Assembly: GCA_037447605.1 (NCBI GenBank)
Contig: CM074817.1
Coordinates: 1,550,001 to 1,614,000 of the forward strand
Reading direction: 5' to 3'
DNA length: 64,000 nt
Source: Zygnema circumcarinatum SAG 698-1b
Taxonomy: Eukaryota > Plantae > Zygnematophyceae
In this document: piece by piece, positions 23,638-34,500 of the stretch
Layout: each line of letters begins with the position of its first letter
How positions within the stretch are numbered: position 1 is the stretch's first letter
Made by a program: the position numbers and the translations under genes
The notes under the pieces: model-generated
Told to the model about the DNA's origin: nothing
Databases searched by the model: none
The model's input: the letters and a program-made list of their open reading frames with translations, nothing else

Positions 23638-26600
23638 ATGGCTCCCTTCCTGGTGGCAGTGCACGCAGGCGCAGGCTTCCATGCTCGCTCCAACGAGCCT
23701 CGTTACAGGGCCGCCATGGCGCGCGCCTGCTACGCCGCTGCGGCTGTGCTCGAGCGTGCGGGCGGAACCGCCCTGCAGGCTGTTGTGGCAGCCGTGCGCA
23801 CTCTTGAGGTGCGCCATCAGGAGCCGCTAGGCTCGCGCAACTGTATATGGATTTCAGGGATAGATTGGGAGGAGGAGGAGCTGAGAGAGGGGTGGGCTGG
23901 CAGGAGGAGCCTCTCACGAATGCAGGCCGTGGCGCTAATTTGACCGAGGAGGGCCGGGTGGAGTGCGATGCGAGCGTGATGGCGGTGGAAAGACGCAGCT
24001 TTGGTGCAGTCGGAGCTGTTCCTGGTGCGACCTAATGCTGACCCTGCCCTGAAATTGAACTCTTTAAGACGTCTCGTATCATTTGTAGGAAAGGATGGAG
24101 TGGGCAAGGAAATCAAAGAGGTAGCGAGACTTCGCAGCTGAATCCATCTCTTTACCTTCACTGTCGCAGTTCTCCAAATTGACTTTTGCTTCAGGTCTCT
24201 GTTGAACACAATCACATGTATTTTTTTCTTGGCCAAAGGAGTAACTCCCATAACCCTCTCAGATAAAAAAGTTGAGGCAGAAATCGGTTTCTTCCTGGGA
24301 CATGCAGGGGTGAGATGGCCCGTGGAGGTCGCCTACAAACTGGCCTTGGAGGCGCAGAATGGGCCCCTTCCTCTTGGCAGAGTGCGGCCAATGTAAGGGC
24401 CGTATGGCTGATTCTTCCCTTCCTAGTAGTTTACAGAATAAAAACAATTTTAAGTGACGCGAGCGAAGCCTATGGCTGTGGTTGCTTCAAAAAATACTCT
24501 GCCTGTGCTGATGCTGCAGAACGTTTCCGGGAGTGCAGATTTTTGGTGGGCGAAGGAGCACGAGCGTGGGCTGTCAAGCACTGTCCAGAGGCTGTGATGT
24601 CATACTCCGACACATCTTCAGTGAGAGTCACACCAATGGGGGGGTTCCTAGATTTTCCAGCTAGTTGTGAATCTTTCCACCTTCGAAAACAATGGGTGTA
24701 GTTTTCTACTACTGCAGTGCGCATACAAAAGGAGCCTCATTTATGGGGAATGGACAGGAGCTGATGTCTGCAGGACCTTGTGACCAAAAGGGCTCACAAG
24801 CAGTGGGAGCGGTACACCTCCATGCTGCATGCAGTCTCACAGACCGAGATGTGCCCTCGTGAACCTCTGAAACGGAGTTCTCCGGACGGTGATTCCTCAC
24901 TTCAGGAAGCTTCCTCGAAGGTGAGTGGGGTTGAAGCCGAGCAGGAAAGCTGCTTGTGACAGCCTGTAGCATGTTTAGGACGAGAGGTTTGTGCTTATTT
25001 AGTGTTTCTTTAAGGTTCTAGATTTGCAGTGAGTCTTGGCTTTTGAACAGAACACTTTCTTTCCAAGTGCATCCGACGGTGTGTTTGGGATGCTGCAGCT
25101 GCTTTATCAGACTTCGCTGTGTAGAGCTACTTGCGCAGGGTGCAGCAGAATGTTGGCAGTTCCTTCATTGCTAATGGATGGGCATGTCATGCAGGGCAGC
25201 GACTCAACACTGGGAGCCATGAATTGGAGACGCATGAGAGGCCTGCAACACCTGTTATGGGACTGAAGGAGGAACTTGATAGGTGTGCTGCAGCAGGGGC
25301 AGACCAATCTGTAGTGGAAGTGGCGGCAATAAAGTATTCGGGTGAGGTGGATGAAAAGGAGGAGGAGGGGGAGGAGGCGACGTGTGATATTCTGAGTGAC
25401 ACAGTGGGGGCAGTCTGCATCGATGGAGCAGGAAATTCAGCTGCTGGGGTCTCCAGCGGGGGCATTGCTATGAAGGTGCATTCCTGCTTCACTTGCAGCC
25501 TCGTTATGCTGCAGAATCGTCCATCGCTTACTCCCTACTAGACGCCGCAGTTGCTCACCTCATAGGGCAAGATGATATTCCCTGTTGCGGCAAGTCAAAC
25601 TACTAGCAGAATAAGACGAGCCACCTTAAGCAAATATGAGGGTTTCTGCAGGTAAGTGGCCGTGTTGGCGAAGCCGCCGTTTATGGATGCGGCTGTTGGG
25701 CCCAAGAGGAGAGTGGAGGTTGCTACTCTGCTGCAAGCTGTACAGGCCTTGGAGAGGCTATCATGCATGCTGCATTGGCTCGAACATCCTGTGAAGCAGC
25801 TGCAAGGTGGAAAAAGTTGCTGTGCCACTGCATTGCCGCAGAACACCAAAAAAGTATTCCTGATAATATTAAGTTAGGTTAGGTTAGGTTAGGTTAGGTT
25901 AGGTTAGGTTAGGTTTGGTTAGGTTAGGTTTAGGTTTGAGTCACAGCCAGATGTGATTCAGACTGTAATAGACTTTTTGTTGAAGAGTGCAGGGACGAGA
26001 GGGGACCTGCTGCTGCATGTGAGTGTCTGCTGCAACAAGTGGTCGAACACATTGAGACGGCTGCAGGCAGTAGCCCATGGCGACCTGCCGCCCATGCGGG
26101 CATCCTGCTACTGCAAGCATCCACTTCTTGCCAGGTTAGGCCTTTTCTGAGGACTCCCTATGTGTAATTCTACTTTCAATGACTTGATTTTTAAGGCGTG
26201 AGATGAGAGCATGTGCGAGATGTCTGCTCAGATTCTCTCGTGACGTCAGCCGAGCCCGCACTTGAAAACGTCGGTTGCTTCTGATGTCTCCTCGTCTGAG
26301 ATAAATGCTGGACTGCCTTTCAGCAGATGTATACAAAGGTTTCGGCATATGTTTCATTTTCATGTGCATGTGTGCATATGTTCTTGCAGAAGCCCAGCCA
26401 AGAACGGAAGTTGGCAGCTGTAGAAATTGTTGCGTCTCACAGCGCCAAGTCCTTTGCTGTCGCGTACTTCTCTTCAAACATGAGGCAGCCCGAGGTCTGT
26501 GCTTCAGTGCCCTTGTTGTGATCAGCTCCATGTATGTTTCTTGCAGCTCCTTTAATAGTGTTAGCCTATGCATATGCGAGTATTCACGCACTGCTTGTTT

Positions 26601-26702
26601 GTCTGCTTGTGGCTGCAGGCAACAATGCTGCGAAGTCGCCCTCCTGACACAAGCGGTGATAGAAAAATGAGCACTCTCTGCGTGCGCGTCGTTTTCGGAT
26701 GA
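23638..26702 (+). CDS. TASP1: Threonine aspartase (taspase-1, Ntn-hydrolase of the asparaginase-2 family), multi-exon
   Basis: VAVHAGAG, LTNAGRGANLTEEGRVECDASVM, DTVGAV (nucleophile Thr), AAGVSSGGIAMK|VSGRVGEAAVYGCGCWA, AGILLLQ and SFAVAYF. Confidence 0.88.
25874..25934 (+). repeat. Interstitial (TTAGG)n telomere-like array, about 12 units, inside a taspase intron
   Basis: 8 perfect TTAGG, then TTTGG, 2 TTAGG and TTTAGG. Confidence 0.95.
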
Positions 26703-28296
26703 GTTGGGCCTCGAACGGAAAGGACTGTGAATCTCGAGCCGGCCGGTTCTACAGATAGGGACGGAACGTGCCGATAATGTCGTCCCTTTGTCACCTGTCC
26801 TAGATGTGACGCATAAGCATTGACGCTTCAGTTTCTATCTCCGGAGCTTCAACCAGTTGAAGAAAGTTGAACCATGAGAACGCAGCCTTACTTGAATTCA
26901 GTTTGGTAGTGAGAGACTGGTTTTGAAGGGTTGTTCGTCTGAACAGCCAAAATCTTTAATTTCGGTGTTCCTCTAGGTTCTTCGTATGACAAGACAGTAC
27001 GGTAATACTGAAAAAAAACTTCTGTTCGATTTTTCCAAGTCTGACATGCCCACTACTGAATCTAAAGAACCATGAGAGCCCGATGATGGCATCCTCACGG
27101 CCGACCTCAGCCTCCGCCTCTCCACCCTCCCGGGGCTCCTCGTGGTTCCCGCACTTCTCAAAAGCATGTGCTCCTCATTTCCGAGGTTGCACGTGTGGCC
27201 GCAAAACTCCAATAGCCTCAATGATGGCGTGCCGTACACTGGGGGCCCGCCGCCGTCGCCGCCGGCGCCGCAGAGGGGGAGGGAGACCGACGCTCCGGGC
27301 AGCGGTAGACCAATAGGAGCCCAGGATCTTCGCCAGGGCAGGTGTGCGGAGTTTACCTGTCTGCCCGTGTCAACCGTTCGGACTCGAATCGCCACGTGTC
27401 TTGGCGGCATATAACAGAAATACCGGTCGCCACATCTCTCTCGTCGAAATACCGGTCGTCGTCGAGCCGTCCGGGGCCGAAATTCGTTCCGGCCGCTTCA
27501 ACGGCCCGCCCCCCGCAAGGTCGATGTACGAATCCCGTACGAACTCAGAGTCGGACGGAGGAAGCTCTTTTTGGCGTCTTATAACGGTAGTACCGGTCAA
27601 CCTCCGTCGTTTAGTGCCGAAATGAAGTTGCGGCTCTAGACGGGGCCGCCCATCGTAGGGCTGATGTGTACGGACGTGTTGTACTCGTTGAAGGACTTGA
27701 CCGCTGCCCGAAAACGGGCGACTTTTTGCCGCCCAAAAAATTGGGCCGTCACGTCACGCTTGAGGCGCCCCTCCAAATCGTTTTCAAACCGCGGCGGCGC
27801 GCGATCCTGCTGCCGGCCGGCGCCTCGAGGTCGCCGGCCACCCTGCCAGCCGGCGCCGGCCGGCGCGTCGCCTTCGGGGGCCGCGACTGATAGCCGGCCT
27901 CGGCGGGGCCGTCCCCTCGGGAAAAGCTGACGGCGAGAAAGTTTGTAGGGCGGCCCGAGGTATTCGGGCAGACCGCAAATAAATTTGGCGGCTCGGGCTT
28001 TTAGGTCTGCAGGTCAATGCAGGGTCCAAGCCCTGTGAGGAGCAGGGGGGGGGCTCAGGGCTGGCTCAGGCTCAGACTGACACTGACAGGAGGGCATATA
28101 TGTGGAAGGTGGGTCAGAAGTAGTAGGAGCAGCAGCGGCAGCCAGCAGCGGCGGCGGCGGCTGCATTCAAATTCTAAAATTAGTTCAGGGACAGGAGGAC
28201 AGGAGGTGCAAGCTGTTGGAGGGAAGGGACTGCGCCGGAAGGTTGATTTGGTGTGGATGTGAGCAGGAATTTGGGGGACTAACTTGCATTGCAGTC

Positions 28297-29979
28297 ATGC
28301 CGGGAGAGGCTGCAAGCGGGCTGAATTTCCAGGGCATGCCTGGCTGCTGCTCGATCCTGTCGCAGCCGACAGGTATCATTGGAGAGAAATACCGGCTGGA
28401 GAATGTGATTGGAAAGGGAACGTTTGGAGTGGTTCGGCGTGCAGTGCATCGAAAGAGCGGGCAGGTCTCTGCCGTAAAGGTCGTAGCCAAGAGCAAACTC
28501 GCATCCATAGACGATGTGGAGGACTTGCGGCAGGAAGTGGAGATTATGCAGGCGCTTCCACGCTCCGACTCAATTGTTGAGCTCCGAGATGTGTATGAAG
28601 ATGACGAGGCTCTCTACCTTGTCATGGAGCTCTGCAAAGGGGGAGATTTGCTGGATGTCCTGAACTCTCCGGCCATTGCTGCCGCCGACGGGTTCTCCGA
28701 GTCGGAGGCGGCAGAGATTTTTTATCAGGTGGCGGAGGCAGTGGCACACTGCGCTGAAAATGGTGTAATGCATCGTGATGTGAAGCCGGAGAATGTGCTC
28801 TTCGTGGAGCCATTTGCGGCTTCTCGCCTTGGTGAACAGCCTCAGCTTGGGAGCTGCGGCCATAAATTGACTCTGAGGGCGAGTGGGAGGGTGGCGAGGA
28901 AATTCGATTCGAATATAGGAAATGCAGAGAAAGAGCGGAAAGCTAGTAAAATTCAGGAGATTTTGGATTTTTTGGAGGAAGAAGGGGGTTTGAAGTTAGC
29001 AAAGCGGAAGCCAGCAAGAGTGAAATTAGGAGATTGGGGTTTGGCGGTTAGAGTCAGGCCGGGTGAGCTTATTGATGGAATGGCAGGCTCAGACCCTTAT
29101 TTATGTCCAGAGATGATTCTGGAGGAGCTTTATGGTTCGGAAGCGGATGTCTGGAGCTTAGGGGTTCTTTTGTACACTTTGCTGTCAAGAAGACTACCAT
29201 TTAGTGGGAAGCGTGATTGCGAAGAGAAAGTAGGATGCAATTCGATAGAAACTGATGGGAAAGGTGACAGAAGTGGCATTGCAAGTAGTGGGACTGCCAG
29301 AAAAGATCTTTTTGAGGCTATTTGTAGGGGACAGCTTGACTTGGAGTCGGAGCCGTGGCCGTCAATTTCGAGGGAGGCGAAGGATTTGGTCTCACAGATG
29401 CTGGCGGTCGATAAGCAGACTCGTCCAAAAGCACAGGACATATTGAAGCATTATTGGGTAAAGGAAGCTCGAGCAATCCTGCGGCCAGAGCTCTTGTCCA
29501 CTCTCATAGGGCAGCCTGGAATTGTTCCACTCGCAGAGATGAGGAGGCTCAGTTGTGAAGGGTTGACAGGTCTTGCAAGTCTGCCACCTACCCAGCCATG
29601 GCTGTCAAAGGCTACAACCATGGCAGTAGGGGCAGCTGCGACTATTCGTCTCCCCTTGAATGCAGTTGAAAGTATTTCCCCTGGAGGCTCCCCACAAGTA
29701 TCAGGCAAGGATTCTTTTCGCGTAGACTGCCTTGTAGAGTCAATTTCTCAAGCTGGAAAATCTCTTTCACGCGAAAACCCTAGGTCGATAACTACTCACA
29801 GCCAGCAATCGTCAGCGGCGGCTGATGATGCAGTTGCAGCTTGCTCGTCTTTGGTCTGTCCGAGTACCTGCAGATCACAATCTCCATCGGGGTTAAGAGA
29901 CACGTCTGCTTCTCGGCTTGGATCTGCATTGCGGTTGAATGACTTCTCTCTCAATTACCGATCGCCACTGCGATTGTAA
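28297..29979 (+). CDS. Second intronless CDPK-related Ser/Thr kinase (~560 aa from the first ATG), no EF-hands
   Basis: GKGTFG, SAVKVV, QEVEIM, LVMELCKGGDL, HRDVKPEN, KLGDWG, YLCPE, DVWSLGVLLY and EPWPSISREAKDLV. The ORF-track start at 28102 is a GTG; the first ATG is 28297. Confidence 0.88.
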   Translation: MPGEAASGLNFQGMPGCCSILSQPTGIIGEKYRLENVIGKGTFGVVRRAVHRKSGQVSAVKVVAKSKLASIDDVEDLRQEVEIMQALPRSDSIVELRDVYEDDEALYLVMELCKGGDLLDVLNSPAIAAADGFSESEAAEIFYQVAEAVAHCAENGVMHRDVKPENVLFVEPFAASRLGEQPQLGSCGHKLTLRASGRVARKFDSNIGNAEKERKASKIQEILDFLEEEGGLKLAKRKPARVKLGDWGLAVRVRPGELIDGMAGSDPYLCPEMILEELYGSEADVWSLGVLLYTLLSRRLPFSGKRDCEEKVGCNSIETDGKGDRSGIASSGTARKDLFEAICRGQLDLESEPWPSISREAKDLVSQMLAVDKQTRPKAQDILKHYWVKEARAILRPELLSTLIGQPGIVPLAEMRRLSCEGLTGLASLPPTQPWLSKATTMAVGAAATIRLPLNAVESISPGGSPQVSGKDSFRVDCLVESISQAGKSLSRENPRSITTHSQQSSAAADDAVAACSSLVCPSTCRSQSPSGLRDTSASRLGSALRLNDFSLNYRSPLRL

Positions 29980-31361
29980 GAGTGGGACATTTTCCGGAGA
30001 ATATAAGTCTTGGGCGTTATTCCTTCTAGGAGGAGCAAACCTGGATGTATCTCAGCATTGAGATGAATAAGTTTTTGGGGAGAAATTTACCGTCGGCCTA
30101 AGTTCGGTCTCAAGGGGAAGCGATCTGCACATGACTCTATTTCTTGAAGGGTCTTGGTTGGAGAGCTGGAGGCAAGAATATCTTCCACTTGCTTATGGTA
30201 AGTGCAAACTTCCCTTTAGCAGCTTGAGATAGATACTTTGGATGCGCAGTTTTCTGATGCTAGCAGTGTGTAATTCACTGAAATGCTTGTTGCAGGCTTT
30301 GAGGCTGGCACATACTTCTTCCTGGAAATTCTGGGTGTTGCTGCAAGATGTCAGGTCAATGTTTCTGTTGAGGTTTAGTCGTCTTGTGTTCTCATCATCT
30401 TCTCTTCTGGTTTGTAGTTGATATCTATGAAGCAAACGGCTCTGACTCTTCTGAATCGTTGTGCAGGTTTTTGTTTCTCAGCCGGTGGGCGCCCTCGGAA
30501 AATTGCTGTGCCCGTTGTTTTGAAGTAACAAGCTTTACTTCGGGAACCTGATTTACAATTTTGGAAAGAGATGACTTGTCTTAACATTAGAATTCCTTGG
30601 TCAAAAAGAAATTCTCGTCACTCAATTTAGCAGCAGGTCCTATTGCTCGTTCATTCATGAGCATAGACTTTGCCAAAAAACCCGCTCTTAGGTTTTTGTG
30701 TCCATAGGACACAAATCTTTCGTTTTGGTTCCAGTCCTGTTTCCGCCCAATTGTACAAAACGAGTAAAAGAGAATTCGGCGATTGCTTTTTCCATTCAGC
30801 TTGTTCTCTCCCTCCCCCCTACCTTCTTCCTTCTTTCTTCCTTCGCCTTTCTTCTTTTTCCCTTTTTTTTTTTTTTTTTTTCCCTACTTTCTTCCTTCTT
30901 TTCTGTAGAAAGAGCGTGCTTCGCCACTCTGAGCAACATGCCATAGTGAATACTTAGCAAGAAAAGATGGTTGGCAAGTCTCGCACAAACACACTGCAGA
31001 GCATTGGAAGGATAAGAAAAAAATCACATATGTCGCCGTCCATTGCTTTCCCAACGACATGTCCAGTAAGGCAATCAAATGCAAGCTAGAAAACGTATTG
31101 AAGACTGGAGACAACATGGCTAAAAAGACGCACTCTAATGAATATCTAGCTCATTTACAAACTTGAACCACTTCAAAATGAAGAAAAGCATAAAGTGGAT
31201 TATTGGATCAAAGTTGCAATTACAGTAGCGCAAACGGTCCAAAAATATAGAAATGGGAAGCGAAAGGAAGAAATGAAAAATACGCCATGATAGACAAAAG
31301 TATCAAAATAAGTATCGCAACAAAGCATGAAAGTAGCATTGGCCGGAACAAAAGTGAAAGT

Positions 31362-31480
31362 GGGTGCGACACCGGGACTTCCCGGGAGGTCACCCATCCC
31401 AGTACTGTTTCGGCCCACAGGCGCTTAGCTGCGGAGTTCTGATGGGATCCGGCGTAGTAGCCTAGGTATGATCGCACCAC
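31362..31480 (-). rRNA. 5S rRNA: 5S rRNA gene, single copy
   Basis: Minus strand reads GTGGTGCGATCATACCTAGGCTACTACGCCGGATCCCATCAGAACTCCGCAGCTAAGCGCCTGTGGGCCGAAACAGTACTGGGATGGGTGACCTCCCGGGAAGTCCCGGTGTCGCACCC. It has plant-type box A/C and base-paired helix II (TAGGC/GCCTG), with a T4 run just downstream. Confidence 0.95.
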
Positions 31481-31785
31481 GTAAATACGATGCTAAAGTT
31501 ACAATATAGAGTCAAATTTATATATCTGTTTCCTACAAAATCAACCACAAACCATTGAACAGAGACATTCCAAACGCGAACGGAAAGACTTTACAAAGTT
31601 CCAATTTCAGTTTTGTTATTGCGACAGGCCATGCCAGAAGGCGCCACTCCGTCACACAGAAAGGCAAGTGACACAGAGTGGCGTTGGTGAGAAATGGCAC
31701 ATTCCAACTTCTCCTCTCGTGGCTCATTTCCTCCATTTTGTTTTTGTTTTCCACTTTGGCTGCCAAATCTATGATGGGTCTCTGC

Positions 31786-34500
31786 CTATCCCGCAACATT
31801 TTGTACCAAATCCTTCACTCCCAAAAAGCAAGCGAAGCTCTCGTATTGGGGCTGCCATCCAAGCCTCGCTCTCGTCCTGTCATTGTTCATCCTCTTACCG
31901 AGGGGACCCCCCGTCCCTGCAAGCATCCCAGATGCGGAGGAAACAAGCCATCATAAGGAAATTGAAACAAGCAAAAAGTAAAACAGTGGTAAAAACTGGG
32001 TCCCTTTCTTACTTCAGTGCATTTTTTTTTTCTTTCTTTCTTCTTCTCAAAAACCCTAAAAACCCTAAAAGTGTCTGCACCACTGTCCATGCAACTATCA
32101 GAAGTGGCGAAGGTGTGGCGCAGTGGTTGGTTGACTTTACCAGTGAATCCACTGAAGGCGCCTTCAAACTTGCCGCTCTTTAAAGTCACATCCATCACCT
32201 CCTGCCTGCAAAGTGGTTTCGACCAATAGCACATCGTCAGGGCAGCCGAAAATAAACAACGGAAAGTACGCCAGAAGGGGGAAAAAAAAAAAATCACTTT
32301 GCGGTTCTTTTCAAATCTTAGGCACTTTCGGCCATCCTTCCTGAGCGAGGTCAGTATGACTTTCTCACAAGCCATAAAAAAAGAAAAAAACGAAAAAAGA
32401 AGCACGGAATCAATAGAACACTCCTGTTTACATCAATCAGAGAATGACTGAACATGAAATCGATTCTCAAAGACAGTTTTTTGTCTTCTGACATGCTCCC
32501 CCTTTGTGCATGTAACCTTGTCAGCATCATTGCGTGGACATGGGGTGAAGGAGAGAGGGAGAGATAGGGGACCTTGTGAGAGGGTGATTGTCACATCCCA
32601 TGTAGATCTCTCCTCCCTCCTTCGCCTCTAAAGCAGCCACACAGAGTGTTGCTGCATCCTGTGGGAGACTCACATAGAACAGCCCTCAGTTTAGCAGCTC
32701 ATCTAAGACACCATAGTGTCCATTACAATCTTGAAAAGACCAAACAATGAGGTTAAAGAAACAAAGACGAAAAGTGTTCGCGGATGTGAAGCTTCACCTC
32801 ATAGTGAATGAGATTGAGAAAGTGGTCCGGGCGAGAGTCAACGGAGCCTTTCTTTAGCCAAAAAGTGTGAGCTCCCCGGTCAAGAAGGTGAGCCAAATGT
32901 TGGTCAAGGGAGCCAAATATCTGACTAAAAAGAAAGCACATGCAGTCAATAGGACCATCCCAACGCATGTCAAACAAACATGCCTATAAATTTCGCTCGC
33001 CCTTGGGAATATAGGCGATGTTTTTACCCTATATTGTGAAAGAATTCAGCAGATCTTCAGAAGCGAAAGAATTCTGGTATGTAGAACACATTAGACAGTG
33101 TATCTCTTATTATTACTTTTCGTATTATTATCATTTATTTCTTTTTCTGTTTCTTATTCTTATTATTTCTTCTTCTTATTTCTTATTATTATTTATTTAG
33201 AAAGATATATATAGTCCGGCGAAGCGAACTACGGAGCCGCCGGCTGTCAGCACTGCCTCTTCTGCTTCAAGCAGACGGTCCGTCCTTGCATTCTGCCCGA
33301 AAGGAACAGAAGGAGAGTCCTGTGAGAGAGGGCAGGGAGAACCACGAGGAAGTCAGACAAGCAAACCAAGTTTTTAGTCAGTTTTTAGTCAGTTTTTTAG
33401 CACCTGTCAGCGCTTCAATCGAAGCTGATCATAGTCAAGGTTTCGACTGCGACCAACTCGAACTTGGTAGTGACAGAAAGGCAGAATAATAGTCTTTGAA
33501 AAGGATTTTTAGGGTTACTGACCTCGGTGCAGGGGCCGTTATCATCCACACTGTACAATCCGCTGCTTGAAGTGAATAGCAGTCCACCTTCTCCACTCCA
33601 CTGCTCTACTGCAAGCCTGTACAGAACTCCCCCCAATTAGTTCTCACCTAAAAGTGCACATGAAAGGTTGTTATCCTATAAAGAGGATTAAGAAAAGTAC
33701 AAAGGCAACCACCTGCAGATTCTGTAGTTTCTTTAGAGCCGCTTGCATGGGGTTGTTTCCTCTTGATATAACTCAATACATCCTCATTCAATGCCTATTA
33801 CATGCCCTGGTTCAGATGTGCAATGTCAGACTATCCATTGCAGAGAAAAACAAAGATGAAGCAACGGAATGAATACACAAAACGGCTTCAAATGCTCTGC
33901 ATAGAGATGAGTTTAACAAAAAGGGGTCCTCTCACCTGACTTCTGCAGCATAATCGTCGTTCCCGGAAGGAGGGGCGCAGAAGATGACAAAGGGAAAGGG
34001 AGTCTTCCTTGAACCCTGAGCCTCTCTCACAACGGGAGAGATTCCAAGAGCTCGAAGGTGTTCATGGCGGTCACTTGTGCGTGTCTGCCCTACAACTGAA
34101 CAGCCAGGATGAGCCTGCACATGGAACACATGAACAGAATTTTCACGAACAGAAACAAAGAATGACACCTGTACAACATACCACAAAGCTCATCGCCAAG
34201 TTCAAACAACAACATGAACATTGCCAAATTGGCTTCCTTCCCCACCATATGTCGTGTCATCATCACTCACTGCTTTTGCTGCTGTTTTGGCGATATTGTC
34301 AACCAGGTTTTGAACGAAAAACTTAAAATTTTGCATATGTGAATGTTGGTTTCTCGGGTGGTTTGATTAATGAAATCGAACCTGAAGCCAATTTGCAGCC
34401 ACTAGGGTTCCCAAAACTCCCGGACCGACTACCAGAAGGTCCGATGGCCCATAGGAAGAAGCTTCGTCCGTACACATGGCTCGCAAAGTTGGGCAGCTGT
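31786..34500 (-). CDS. NAD(P)-binding Rossmann-fold protein (At2g39080-like, by recall), multi-exon; 5' exons uncertain
   Basis: DLLVVGPGVLG, FPFVIFCAPPS, WSGEGGLLFTSSSG, RTDRLLEAEEAVL, VVRFAGLY|LLDRGAHTFWLKKGSVDSRPDHFLNLIHYE, GCDNHPLTR|QEVMD and PLGKRMNNDRTRARLGWQPQY. Confidence 0.85.
32888..33208 (-). other. U12-type (minor spliceosome) AT-AC intron, 321 nt
   Basis: 5' site ATATCTTTC at 33208, branch point TCCCTTGAC at 32911-32903, and AC acceptor 16 nt after the branch A. Removal joins AGLY|LLDRGAH in frame. Confidence 0.9.

Noticed and set aside
26973-27410. RSWAPIG in a minus-strand ORF resembling an IS630/Tc1 motif
   Set aside because: No DDE residues, TIRs or TA TSD; a single short motif is not enough.
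30695-30715. 9-bp stem hairpin TTTGTGTCC-ATA-GGACACAAA
   Set aside because: An isolated short palindrome is expected by chance in 64 kb.
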